Source of the DNA: Eledone cirrhosa
Lineage: Eukaryota
Direction of reading: 5' to 3'
NCBI GenBank assembly: GCA_964016885.1
Contig: OZ024740.1
Location: forward strand, 153,636,001 to 153,700,000
DNA: 64,000 nt
Below are positions 50,928 through 64,000 of the stretch, piece after piece. Each line of letters starts with the position of its first letter. The stretch's first letter is position 1. Below the pieces are notes generated by a model. The model saw only the letters and a program-made list of their open reading frames with translations, did no database searches and was not told the DNA's origin. Position numbers and translations under genes: made by a program.

Positions 50928-52635
50928 AAAGTGAGGGTTGGGGGAAGAACGGGGTTGCATACACTATAGTATTAGGACGAGTTAAGTATAATTAGTTACA
51001 ACAGTGACATATATAGGAGCTAATTTCGTTGGGCTAGGTATAATCCGTACAGTATTAGGAATGAAACTTCGAGTAAACAAATCCGACGTGTCGCATGAAT
51101 AATACAGTGCACATAGGTAATAATTATAATGGATGGATAACCAAGATGAAAAAGTTGACATTTTATTTTTTACACGTGTTTCTACAAGAATATGAGGGGG
51201 AAAATGACTTGAGTAATTTAGTATTAAACATTAATTCTACTCAATACTCTGTCGTCAGAGTCTTCATAAACATGTTGCTATTTAAGAAATTACTCTGGCA
51301 CTACTGTAGGGATATCAAAATTGTAACTTTCGAACAATTACAATTAATTCTTCGTCGAAATTATATATATAAATGAAGAGCAAGTCTCTGTGGCGGGGTT
51401 CATGTTTGATTGACGAACGAAAACCTCTATTCCAACCTCTTCTTAACCGCCACATTTCTACTTACTTTAGCTACGGATTCTCATTGTAATTTGTTTCTGC
51501 CTCGAATCAACGACATCCACTCAATATGGTCGCTTGACAAGCTACAAATAGTAGTCAAAATCTCGCCCAGATTATATCCTATCGTATTTTTCTCTTTTGT
51601 TTTATTTATTATTATTTTTTAAAGAAAGGAACGACACATTAGATAATGCGAATGAAATAATTAGACGGGGATAGTGACAGCGGGAATGCCTTTGATCATA
51701 TGTCCGTTTAGGGCTCAGAGTTCAGGGTTGACCTGAGCTAAACAACAACAAAAGCAACTTTTCATACTCAACCATTCCTCCTCTTCATGCTCCTCCCACT
51801 TCCCCCCCTCCTCTTCCTCCATAACCATTTAATTCCCAGACATCATGCTTAATTAAGAATTCATTACGCATATGTATGTTATTCTAACCAGTGATATATA
51901 ACAGATGGCGTTTCTGGAATTTTAGCTCCTTTGCCAATGTGTTTCTTCCCCACCCTACTCCACCTCTTTTTGTCTTTGTTAATGTTTGATATCCATTATC
52001 AAGGTTTTTACAAAAATAATACCCCCCCCCCCCCCCCCAAAAAAAAGCATCGTTTCGTTTCGTCCCATTTCATTTTTTGCTTTCTCTTCCTTTGGTTTTC
52101 GTGTTTTGTTGTGATTGTTCTATTATTTTTCATTTCCTAATACGGGATTGATGACAAGGGCTTCCTCTTTATTATTTAATGTATTTATTTATTGATTGAT
52201 TGATTTATTATTCAGCATTCATTCGACATTGAACACCAAACATCCATCCTTATTTCTATTGAATATTTTAGCAATTATTAATTTATTAACAAAGAGCAAG
52301 GCAACCTGGAAGGAACTGTTACTACTTGTGCATCTCAATACACGCACAAGCATGTGTTAGCGTGTGTGCACGCGTGTATGATCTGCGTGTATATATGTAT
52401 GTGTTTGTATGCGTGTATAGGTGTGGATATGTGTGTGCGTAGATACGAAAACATACGCACAGATGTGCATCAACACATATATAACATATATAACATACAT
52501 TTACACATATATAACATATATAACATACATTTACATGTACATCATCCCTTACATGAACTTATATTCAAGAGAGTCTCGAAAGAATAAGCAATGATAAGCC
52601 TAGGTGTGCTACGTAGACATCTACACAGATTTGGA

Positions 52636-52675
<40 letters not shown>

Positions 52676-53296
52676 GAGACACACACACACACACACACAT
52701 ATATATGCATTTATATGTATTTATATGCGTACACATATACACACGTATACATACATACATATACATACATACATACATACATACATACATACATACAAAC
52801 ATACATACAAACCTACATTCATACATACATACATACATGCATACACACATACATACATACATGCATACATATATATATGTATATGTGTATATAAATACAT
52901 ATATATATGTATGTGTGTGTGTGCGTGTGTGTGTCCGTGTCCACACATTCAACGAAACATCACCAACACGACTATCAACAACAACAACAACGCCAATATT
53001 CATAGGAACAACAATGAAAGGAAAATAAGAACATTAAAAGCATTAAAAAACAAAAACAAAATGAGGCAAAATATCAAAACAACAGAATACAGAATAATAG
53101 AGATAATAAACAAAAGACAACTTCCTGTGATGTATCACTCACACGTGGACTTGTGGTAATATCTGATTATCGCTTCTGAGTCGTTGTAATTATCTTTCTC
53201 CCTTGATCCTCTGATCGTTCTTTGTCTTTCGATGTATCATCGTATCTTCCTCAATACCTATCTATCTATCCATCTATCTATCTACCTCTATCTATC

Positions 53297-53327
<31 letters not shown>

Positions 53328-53361
53328 CTATCTACCTCTTTCTCCCCCCCCCCCCTCTCTC

Positions 53362-53913
53362 CAATTTATAAAATGATAATAAGAGATCGAAGTTTCAATT
53401 CAACATATTTTACTAGTTCATGTGTTAAAACTTCGATGCATCATTCTTGATATAAACACTGCAAATGATGTTAATAATTGTTTATACTTTTGGCACAAGG
53501 CCAGCAATTATTTCAGTACATTACTGGTACTTTAATTTATCGAACCCGTAAGGATGAAAGGCAAAGTTGACCTCGGTGGGATTTGAACTCAGACCGTAAA
53601 GGGCCGTAACTCTGGTATGATGTTAATAATTGTTTCTACTTTTGGCACAAGGCCAGCAATTACTCCAGTGTATTACTGGCACTTTATTTTATCGACCCCG
53701 TAAGGATGAAAGGCAAAGTTAACCTCGACGGGATTTGAACTTAGAATGTAAAGGGACGTAACTCTATGCTACACAGCATGGTGTCCGATCCTCTACCGAT
53801 ACTGCCAATCCACGGATAACAGTATAACTCTCAAATTTTAAATACCAAATATTGCAATATATGTGAATACATTGAGCGCTGAAACGGGTAGCATTTTTAA
53901 TAATCGACACGCT

Positions 53914-54012
<99 letters not shown>

Positions 54013-54046
54013 CACACTCTATGTCCATCTGTACAATATATGTATG
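53362..54046 (+). repeat. Segmental duplicate of 16093-16830 with internally tandem-duplicated SINE
   Basis: See the 16093 entry. atgatgttaataattgttt.tacttttggcacaagg occurs twice (53465, 53617). Confidence 0.9.
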
Positions 54047-55386
54047 CTATATGTGTCTGTGTGTATGTGTATGTTTATGTGTGTGTGTGTCTGTGTCTGT
54101 CTGTGTGTGTGTAAATCATCGATGGGTGTCAGATTTCGTGGTAAAACAAAAATCCCACTCCTTTTCTTTTTTCATCTTAACATTCTGGTCAAGTTTGATT
54201 TTCTTTATTATAAGTTTGATAATATACTGATCAGACAAAGCACGTGTATCAGTATAAACATGTGGAGCTCTTGATGGCTTTGCTTAACTATGGCTACATT
54301 CAACTGAAACCATTAAAACAATTTTGAACTATTGCTGTTAGATAGTTACATAAAATATATATATTATTTCTATAGGTTTGTCAAAGTAGAAGAGAACATA
54401 TCCATAACGTTTGCTCGACAACCCCCTGTTAGTGACATTGATAAAGACGATGCCAAAAGCTCGAACCTTTTATATAGCAGGAGGTAAACCTATGCATCAA
54501 AGAAAAAATGTAGCAATAAAGTAAACCATGGTGGTCTGGTACGTGTGCTTAAACTAAAATGAATTCTGCTAAAGCCATCTAAGGACCAGTTAGATGTGTT
54601 AAACAGGGCTTTGTTGTTTGGCCTACAATATAAATATTCTTAAGAATAATCGATTTAGAATAAGTACACATTAAAGAAGAATCTAATTATTTTTAGTATA
54701 ATGTTGAAAAAAAAAACGGTTTTCAGGCTCTGATGCTCAATTAAGATAATTTAACCATGCTACTTATATTATTTCTTTCGCTTTGACATCTATTTTTGTT
54801 CAGTTAATCGGTTCATTTAATTAACTTCTTAAATCATGATGCCCATAGCACTGAAAATTCTAACACAAAATTACCAATAAAAAAAAGCCAGTAAAAAAAT
54901 GTTATGAGATCGTGCAAAATGGTTACATAGTATAACCCCTTAACTCTTCATAGAACCATAGGGGCGCCGTGTTGACACATGATGTGTCTGGGGTATTTTA
55001 AACCTGGTGGAAAGAGAGTGTGACAGTAAGAGATAAGGGAAGAAAGAAATAATCTATTCCAGTATTGAACTGGAATTTTATTTATCGACTTCAAAAAGAT
55101 GAAAAGCAAAGTTAACCTCGACGAGATTTGAACTTATAGCATAGTGAGCCAGAACAAATACTAAGGCCCTAATGTCTCTGCTACTACACCGCCTTGTTAC
55201 TCAGACATTAAATAACGTCAGAATGCATTAGTGGATGTATAGTTAAGTTGTTTACATTGTAAACATTTGGTTTCAGTTTCTATCCCGTTGCATGACGCGC
55301 AGGAAAAATGTCTTCTACCTTATCACCGGGTTAAACAATGCCTTGTTAGAGGGATTTAGTAGACAGAAAGTGTATAGATGCTCGTT

Positions 55387-55421
<35 letters not shown>

Positions 55422-55834
55422 GCAGTATCGGTAGAGGGTCAGACACCATGCTTTCCAGGATAGTTACGTCCCTTTACGGTCTGAGTTCAAATCCCGTCGA
55501 GGTTAACTTTGCCTTTCATCCTTCCGGGGTCGATAAAATTAAGTACCAGTAATACACTGGGGTAATAGCTGGCCTTGTGCCAAAAGTAGAAACAATTATG
55601 TTTATTCAGGTTACGATCGGCATCGATCACGCCCGACTATGGAATCGATAGTTCATCAGATGATGATTATGGAAAATAAATATATATATGATGTTAAACA
55701 AGGTGAGGTAATTAATTAATCCATTGTTTTACAATTGTTTTACAGAGAATAAGAACCAATGTGCCACTTAATGGTAGTTATGTGACCCCAGACCATCAGT
55801 CTTGAGAAAACATCTATTCTACTGTCTATCTATG

Positions 55835-55916
<82 letters not shown>

Positions 55917-56844
55917 CTTCAGTGAGGAAATATGATGAGTAATGCTATCGAATAAAAATAAATTATGGTTATCGTTCTGTTCATATTCACAGATTTTCCC
56001 TTGTTACTATCGCCATCGTAAATATAGTCAACGAATGATTTCCCTTTTGAAAACCTATAACCAACGATGGGAGTTTTGACACACAAGGTGTGTAAATCGA
56101 ATAATAAAGATTATAACAATTACTGGTACATCATTTTTATCGATTTGCAGAGCAGCGATTGTGATGAAAAGACTTCTGTGGAGGGTTGCATTTAAATTTA
56201 GAACAAAGAGGTGTTAAAATAAACTAAATACTGCCAATTCGTTAGTGAGGTTTGAAGAAATGGATATTGGATATCATTCAAAAACGCTATTAACAATATA
56301 CGAACGTTCTTTAAGGAATTGCTGCCACAAATATTTCTAACCGGTCTTATGGATTTCTTACATTGGCACTAAGCCAAATATCTATAGAACAAGGGTATAC
56401 TCGAGCGAGTTAATTCTCCAGTATATTATTACCGATATTTTTTTATCGACCCCGGAGAATGAAAACCAAAGTTCACTACAGCGGGATTTGCATTCAGAAC
56501 ATAAAATAGCATAATTTAATATTGGCGTCTAATATAAGTACAAGACTTTAAATGACAGGTACATACTTTACTGATCTTCATAAGGATGAAAGGTAAAGTG
56601 GACCCCGACACGAGTTGAACTCTGAACGCAAAATAACGTAATTACATATCAGAATGCCTTTTGGTCAGTTGCTCTACCGATTTCTTTGATTTAATATTAA
56701 AGATTTTGCGCACAGCCGAACTACGTATATAATAGCGTCATTTTACCCTTTTATACCACAGGAAGTTTTGATCCTGACTGCCTGGATCGATTGCTGTAGT
56801 AGAAGGTCACACGCAGCAAACATTCATCACAAATGTCGATGTTT

Positions 56845-56985
<141 letters not shown>

Positions 56986-58571
56986 TCGACTACTCACATC
57001 TAAATTGCTTTATAGGAATAATAAATTGATCCTACTAATTGAGTGATATATATTGCCGAGACCGGGAAGATGAAAAATAAGTTGACCTCGAATGGATTTG
57101 ATCTTAGGACATAACTAAGTACCGGAGGCCTTTTGTCTGCTGATCTATCGATTATACTAATCCATCGTCTACATCACACTCTATCAGAAAGAGGCCACCT
57201 CGTGGTCACTCAATCTGCAAGAAATAGCAACCGAATCTTCCGTAAATCATACTTTATCTGTCTTAAAAATAAAAAATAGAAAAAGGATTAGCAGTCCTAG
57301 ATACACTGCATAAAAACAGAATGGTCATGGGTGAAATACCTTCGATGATAGGTCTACTCATTCAGATATCATTTAGGCTACACAATATCAATCGTCACGT
57401 ATTTCAAAACATTAAGTTTTCATCACCATAACAAAGTCTTGTTGACTTTAAATAACTAAATTAGTCTTAACATGTGTGAAACATTAGTAGACGCCCCATG
57501 GTCGAATGGTTAAGTAGTTCATTTCGCAATCATTAGATGTTAGGTTTGATCTCACAGCATGGCATTTAGGACACGTGTCGTCTTACTTAGTCTCGGGTTG
57601 AGCCAAGCCTTATTGCGTGAAAATGGGTATGCGGAAACTGTTTGGATGCTCGTGAGTTTGACTGCAGCTGTAATTAAAAGGTCCAGCCTAGTCATACCGT
57701 GTAACGTTGCATCTCCCTCATAATTACGTTATGGGTGTAGTGTGTAGACAAGGAGTACTCCGCCACATACATATCAATTTTACGAGCAGTCTGCTCCGTT
57801 GATCCAACTCTGAGTTCAAATTGAGCCGGGATCAACTTTTCCTTTCCTCCGTTCGGACGAGATATTTTGCAGTGTTTGATCTAGATCTGTGCGAGGAGTT
57901 ATAACTGGTAGATAGTATCAGCAATGAAAAGACCAATGGGAATAGTGTTTCGTTTGTCCGATCTGACGAACAACTCATTCCTCTTTGGAGAAAAAATAAA
58001 AACAAATTTAGTCAATGATGAATATTATTTTAGTCTTTATTTTCTAGCAGATACAGGAGAAAAACTCTGAAAATGTTTTGATCTTATTCTAGCGAGTAGA
58101 TTACTTTCTCTGTCACAGTTGAAATAATGACGAATGATGAATAAAACACTCTTCGTGATCGTACATATTCTGGCGTAGAAATATAGAATTGCTTACAAAT
58201 TAAGTGTTTCAGAGAAGCTAGCTGCATATAAAACAATAGATGTAGCGCTCTCCATATTCATCAATACAATTGTTGTATATATTCTATTAATCGTTTATTC
58301 TTTGATTAATTTCAGGTATTCGACTGCGGCCAGTACTTATTTTATTGATTTATATGCATGGATAAAGCAGAGGCAAAGCCAACAATACGTCACACCCTGA
58401 TGATGAAACATGTGAAAGTCAGGAAACTTTGATTATGGATTCAAGAACTTTGCTATTCTAAATAAACTGAAATAAAACACGAAAAAAAAACTTATAAAAA
58501 TAGTTTAAACTTAAACATAGTCGTGACTTTAATAATACATCTCTACAAGAAAGTGCTACCCCAATATCTGT

Positions 58572-58632
<61 letters not shown>

Positions 58633-59411
58633 CAAACACACACGCGCCCGCGCGTGTACACACACACACAAACAAACAAACACACAAATGTTTGAATACA
58701 TGTATAGACAGATAGATAGTGCTATATTGGGATGTATATGAGAGACAGAGAGAGAGAAGGAGATAGATAGAAAGAAAGACGAACTACTTAAATACATACC
58801 AAGATAATGTGGTGAGATTGATAGAAAACTCATTGCCATTACTTTCACGCTTCCTTCCTCGTTTCTTTCCTTTCATTTCATCTGTTTGCTAATGAGTATT
58901 TGTATGTTTATTGTGGCACTCTTTATGTACTGGTAACGCCATCTGTCAATAGAAGCAATTAAAGCAATAAGTTAACGGACAGATAACTGATTGTTTAAAT
59001 ATTTTCTGTAAAAAAAAAAAATCTTTTTTTAGGGCTTGTTTTTATTATTCAGAAATTAAATCTTTTTTCTCGTTTGTTTTTCCATCAAACGCTTCTGTTT
59101 TGTCTGTCTGTTGGTCTGTCGGTGTGTCGGTCTGTCCCTCTGTTTTTCTGTTTCTCTGCTTCTTTGTGGATAAGAATTTCGCTTCACAACTCGGACTCCA
59201 TTCTCGTATATAGTACCTGGGCATGAGTCTTTTACCAAGGCCCCAGGTTTAACAAAGCCCTTTAATGAGATTGGACGAGTGGAAACTGCACTGAAGTCCA
59301 TTATAACTATTTATCTCTCTCTGTGCATACATACATACATACATAATACATACATACATACATACATACATACATACATACATACATACATACATACATA
59401 CATACATACAT

Positions 59412-59935
59412 GGTGGCTGCAAACTCTGCTAAGAGTATTACAATCGCTTGTCAGATTACAGAAAATGGTGCACCTTTAGGCTACGGTCAGCCACATGAAC
59501 CTGTAACATATCCTGAACAAGCAATGCCTGTGCTTTGAAGGTTTTTTAAGTGGGGAAAGGCCTTGCACTCGACCAACCTCACTCTCTGAGCATCGAAAAC
59601 ACTACCCGAAGAGTAGAATTGGTCAACATCATCGGATGCCTCCGAGCTGGAGGATTTTTTTTCAGAGTTTCCCTCTCCTAGAAAAGTGTTGTGACAACAA
59701 CTAGAGGACTTTCACTCCCAGGTAAAAAGAAGAAGTATTATGTGGATGGCCGTTGACTCTGCTGAGTTCCTCCGCCCTTTGCCGGGTCTTGTATTTCATC
59801 ACGCAGAGTGTCCAAATATCACCCTCCTCACCAAGCAAGCTTGGTGGGGTTGCCGGTTTAGTCGCCGACGAGCCGACCATGAGACAGGTTGTACTGGGTT
59901 ACATGTTACCAGTAGCACCCAAGAGCGACCTGACA
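59412..59935 (-). mobile_element. Second copy of the 34694-35303 repeat, within (TACA)n
   Basis: Colinear similarity to 34694-35303; (TACA)n on both sides. Confidence 0.6.
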
Positions 59936-61123
59936 TACATACATGCATGCATACATACATACGTACATGCATACATGCATGCATACATACATACATACAT
60001 ACATACATACATACATACATACATACATACATACATACATACATACATACATACATACATACGCACATACTGATTATCTGCTCGATACAAAACTTGATCT
60101 CTTCGGTGTACTTGATGCTCAGTGTTGACATGAGATCTTATGTGACTTTTTCGTCAAGACATACTTTTAGAAAGATGTCCACATAAATTGCATATTATTT
60201 TTGGTGCAGCTTGAACTGTCTGTTGTTCTTGATGAACTTTGAATTGTCTCTAGAGACCTCCTTGAGATTTGTAAATCTTTTGGCATATGTGGCATTGACA
60301 AGGGTGAACTCGTTTATATACATACATGCATACATACATGCATATCTACGTACATACATACGTACATACATACGTATATACAAACATACATACATAGACA
60401 CACACGCACGCACATAAGTATGAACTATAAGTAGTACCAGTTTTCCCACCGTAGACTGAAAAACATAAGAAATTGTCTTTATACCGCAATTAAGAGATTT
60501 TGTATACCCATCATGTAATATAGAAAATAGCTAAAATGAACAGTCTAATTTGCATTGCGTGCATAATTTTGGCGACGTAATTAACTAAATAAAGGAATAT
60601 TTATGCTAAAATATTGAGTTTATTGTAAGGTAAATTTACAGGAGATACGACTACTGTTTTTAAAATAGAAGCCTTGCTGGGAAAAATTTGTTTACACCTT
60701 CAATGATGAAAATATTTTAACCCTTATGTTACCAACCTGCTTGAAACCGTCATTGGGTCTATGATGTAACATTTTTTTAGGGTTTCAAGTAGAAATTGTA
60801 TCCACTATTTCTATTCTCAGTCCGTGAAAATTTATTCATAGAAAACAAAAGGATGATTATTATTGATTTCTAGCTATCATTGTACCTCTGCCTTCAGTAG
60901 TGAGGCAACGCCACAATATACGGCTTGGTAAAGAGGTTTATGGTGATTTATTGATGGAAATCATTTAAGATCGGCAATTTAGAATTTTTAAAATCATGAT
61001 ATATTTCATCATTCGTATTGTCTAAATTTCTAAGTCATTTAAAACACACACGTCTAATACCTAAAACCTTTCGTAACTGCACTCCTTGTTGTTTATTTAC
61101 TTTTCTCTTTATTTCTAATCCTT

Positions 61124-61159
61124 TCTTCTGATGAAGGACTAGCGTCCGAAACGTTAAGA
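61124..61159 (+). ncRNA. Ultra-minimal (36-nt) type I hammerhead motif
   Basis: tctt-CTGATGA-a-ggac/tagc/gtcc-GAAA-cg-TT-aaga. Helix III is reduced to the palindrome aacgtt; GUU triplet; (TA)n ~85 nt downstream. Confidence 0.72.
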
Positions 61160-61268
61160 CCCTCTTCCTGCTATATCAAGCGTTAACCTAATATATACCT
61201 TCCATATACTGTACCGATTGTGTTGTTATTTCTGTTTACATTATATATATATATATATATTACTATTT

Positions 61269-61312
<44 letters not shown>

Positions 61313-61395
61313 TATAAATAAATGTTTTGATATTATACTGAAAAAATCCCTCCACCACTTTCTACTGTATTTTTTTCCTTTTTACTATTTGTTTA

Positions 61396-61656
61396 TACTT
61401 ATTTTATAGATCTCGGCAGAGAAGATAGGCAAAGTCGATACGATAGGGTTCGTTGGGGTATGGCGAGGAGTGGGGGAATTATATAATTCCCCCACTCTGT
61501 GTGTGTGAGAGATTGTGCGTGCGTGTGCATGCGTGGAAGAGTCGGTATGTCAAATAGAATACCTTGTATAATTCCCCCACTCTTCGCCATACCCCAACGA
61601 GCCCCCTATCGTATCGACTTTGCCTCTCTTCTCTGCCGAGATCTATAAAATAAGTA
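61396..61656. repeat. ~260-bp fold-back with nested hairpin
   Basis: Arms 61396-61493 and 61567-61656 (tacttattttatagatctcggcagagaaga... / ...tcttctctgccgagatctataaaataagta). Nested gagtgggggaatta-ta-taattcccccactc. Confidence 0.92.
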
Positions 61657-61739
61657 TCAAACAAAGAACAAGATTCAACACATTTGACTGAAACTCTTGA
61701 AGAATTTATTCAATTTCGGCAGTACTACATGTTATAGAT

Positions 61740-61910
61740 CAGGCATGTCAAACATGTGCCCCAGACGTTTTTACAGCGTGAGCATGTTTTATCTTCGTAA
61801 TATAAAATAAAAAAATGAGTTGTAATGTGCGCAATTAGTTGTGTGTGACCCTCAGACAACACATATGTGACCCATGTGGCCCTCGGGTGACCCTCAGTTT
61901 GACATGCCTA
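61740..61910. mobile_element. hAT-Charlie-type MITE (171 bp)
   Basis: TIRs caggcatgtcaaac / gtttgacatgccta; perfect 8-bp TSD ttatagat, close to the Charlie NTCTAGAN target. Confidence 0.88.
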
Positions 61911-63899
61911 TTATAGATAATTACTAAAAGAAGAGTGGATGAATAAATGTATGACTTGTACATTCTTAGACTAAAGACTTCAACTCTAGAAGCTGAAGGA
62001 TGGTAGGATTAGGATTATCACTATTAGCCTCAGCTTCATTCGAAACAGGAACCACCATTCAGATAGACGGAAGAGATATGGGCTATACATGAAAGAGAAG
62101 TGTAACATATTGACGTAATGTTTACTGTTTTAAACATGACAACCAAAATGTTTGCCACATACTGGCATATGAACGAACTCCCCCCTCAGAGAATTCAATT
62201 GCAATAAGCATTATCTCAACCTGCAACAGAGACCTGAGCAGTTGTTATAATGGAGACTTACTATGTATTAGAATATTTTTCAGGAAGAATTTGTTCATAT
62301 ACCTGCACAATATGTTACTCTTGTCTCCTAATAATTGCTTCTTCTTTAGGCACAAGGCCAGCAATTTGAAGAGATGGGAAAAGTCGATCAAATCCATCCC
62401 AGTGCATTACTGGTGCTTTATTTTATCGAGCCCGTAAGGATAAAAGGCAAAGCTAACCACGGCGGGATTTGAGCCATAACTCTATGGTGCGAAGCCTGTT
62501 ATCCGGCGCTCTACCGATTCTGCCAATCCACTCTTGTCTCACAATAATATTTCCTTACCCTTGTCCAAGCGACAGGAAGACCAATCGTTTCTAACAAAAT
62601 ACCCCTAACTCATCAACACTCTACCTGCCCTGTATAGCCGTACATTCGTATCACCTGACCAAAGTCGATTAATGGGAATCGAATGATTCAAATAATGCGT
62701 GCTTTATTTCGTGAACTCCCAACTTATATTCACCACTCATCAGGGATATCACAGGTCTACAGAAAAAGAAATGAAATGGTACAGGGGATGTTTTGACTGA
62801 TTTTAAAGTTTTTCAGGCCGCTGAATCGAAAATTATACTCATTTTTCACCGTTAGTTTTAGTTTTTTTTGCATTCTTACACCTCTTATTCTAAGAAAAAT
62901 GGCGTGTCATATAAAAGTATATCAATCAAAGAAAAAAATAAATGATTTAACATTTCCTCGTTGGCTATGGTTGATTATAATCAACCGAGGAAATGTTTAT
63001 ATTCTCGTTCAACTTGGTAGAAATAGCAGCCATCAAATCTCACCTTGTGTGTCATTTGAATGAAGGGTACATGCGATAATGTAGTCTATGGCTAAATGAG
63101 AAAAAAAAATAGATCAATGAATATATAAATATTACAATTTAAAAAACTAACATAAAAATAATTGGTTCTACATAAAAATAATTGATTCTGCACAAGGCCA
63201 GCAATTTGAAGGGGAGGGGAAAGTCGATTAAATCGACCCCAGTGCATTACTGGTGCTTAATTTTATCAACCCCGTAAGGATGAGAGGCAAAGCTAACCTC
63301 GGCGGGATTTGATCTCAAAGCGTAAAGAGCCGTAACTCTATGCGGCAAAGCAGGGTGTCCGGCGCTCCTCCAATACTGACAATCCACCAACAAAAAATAA
63401 TTGTTTCTACTTTTGGCACAAGGCCAGCAATTAACCAGTGCATTACTGGTACTTTATTTTATCGACCCCGTATGGATGAAAGGCAAAGTCAACCTAGGTG
63501 GGATTTAATCAGAACGTAAAGGGCCGTAACTCTATGCTGCAAAGCATGGCGTCCGACCCTCTACCGATAAGCAATGGTTTAAAATAAAATAAAGATAAGG
63601 TGACACAGCAATGGCAATACAACAACAATGTTCAATAAATAACATATTTCTTTTCTCTTCTACCTATGTAACATGTCTGCATCCACCACTCCAGGCGTGC
63701 CTTATACATAATACCTACCCTACTGACCCGTTTTTATTCGTCTTTTATTAATTCAACATTTCATTTTGAAAATGTGTTAAACCAACAGTGAACGCTTTCT
63801 GTCGTATTTACTTAGTTGTTTATTCATCGGTTATACAACTCTCCATTTATATTCATATATGTATCGGTGTATGCACATACACACATATCTATATATATC

Positions 63900-64000
<101 letters not shown>

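Noticed and set aside
51030-51560. Possible LINE RT C-terminus on the minus strand (DLFTRSFIPNTVR)
   Set aside because: Only one short motif; the upstream sequence gives no supporting frame.
55610-55668. Minus-strand CTGATGA followed by a hairpin
   Set aside because: The GAAA box is absent, so it cannot be called an HHR.
58397-58420. CTGATGA..GAAA words at 58397, 8095 and 7759
   Set aside because: No helix II between the core boxes and no convincing helix I.
62785-62900. Possible DNA-transposon terminus (also ttaaccct at ~60717)
   Set aside because: No partner TIR, TSD or coding remnant was identified.

Overview
AT-rich, microsatellite-dense animal genomic DNA. An octopus or other coleoid cephalopod origin is inferred from the SINE family and the (TA)n/(CA)n/(TACA)n/(TATC)n density. 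No host protein-coding gene is confidently identified, and most ORF-track entries are microsatellite artefacts. The window is mostly transposable-element remains. These are two 5'-truncated Penelope-like elements (PLEs; RT+GIY-YIG at 11.5-14.2 kb, GIY-YIG at 27.8-29.4 kb) with inverted pseudo-LTR copies, and a near full-length decayed Tx1/L1-type LINE inside a (TATC)n tract (22.1-27.0 kb). There are also CRE and RTE LINE fragments, Chapaev3, hAT, Tc1/mariner and Helitron remnants, three MITEs and more than 20 copies of a tRNA-derived SINE. The main signal read from the sequence is about 18 minimal type I hammerhead-ribozyme (HHR) motifs. Eleven have an intact core and helix I, from about 8 unrelated sequence families. 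Nearly all lie just upstream of a (TA)n run, and many have a family-specific palindromic helix III. Two occur in ~460-480-bp direct-repeat pairs resembling retrozymes. Fold-back structures, several centred on (TA)n, are also frequent. Structures were paired by eye, and repeat-edge coordinates are approximate.
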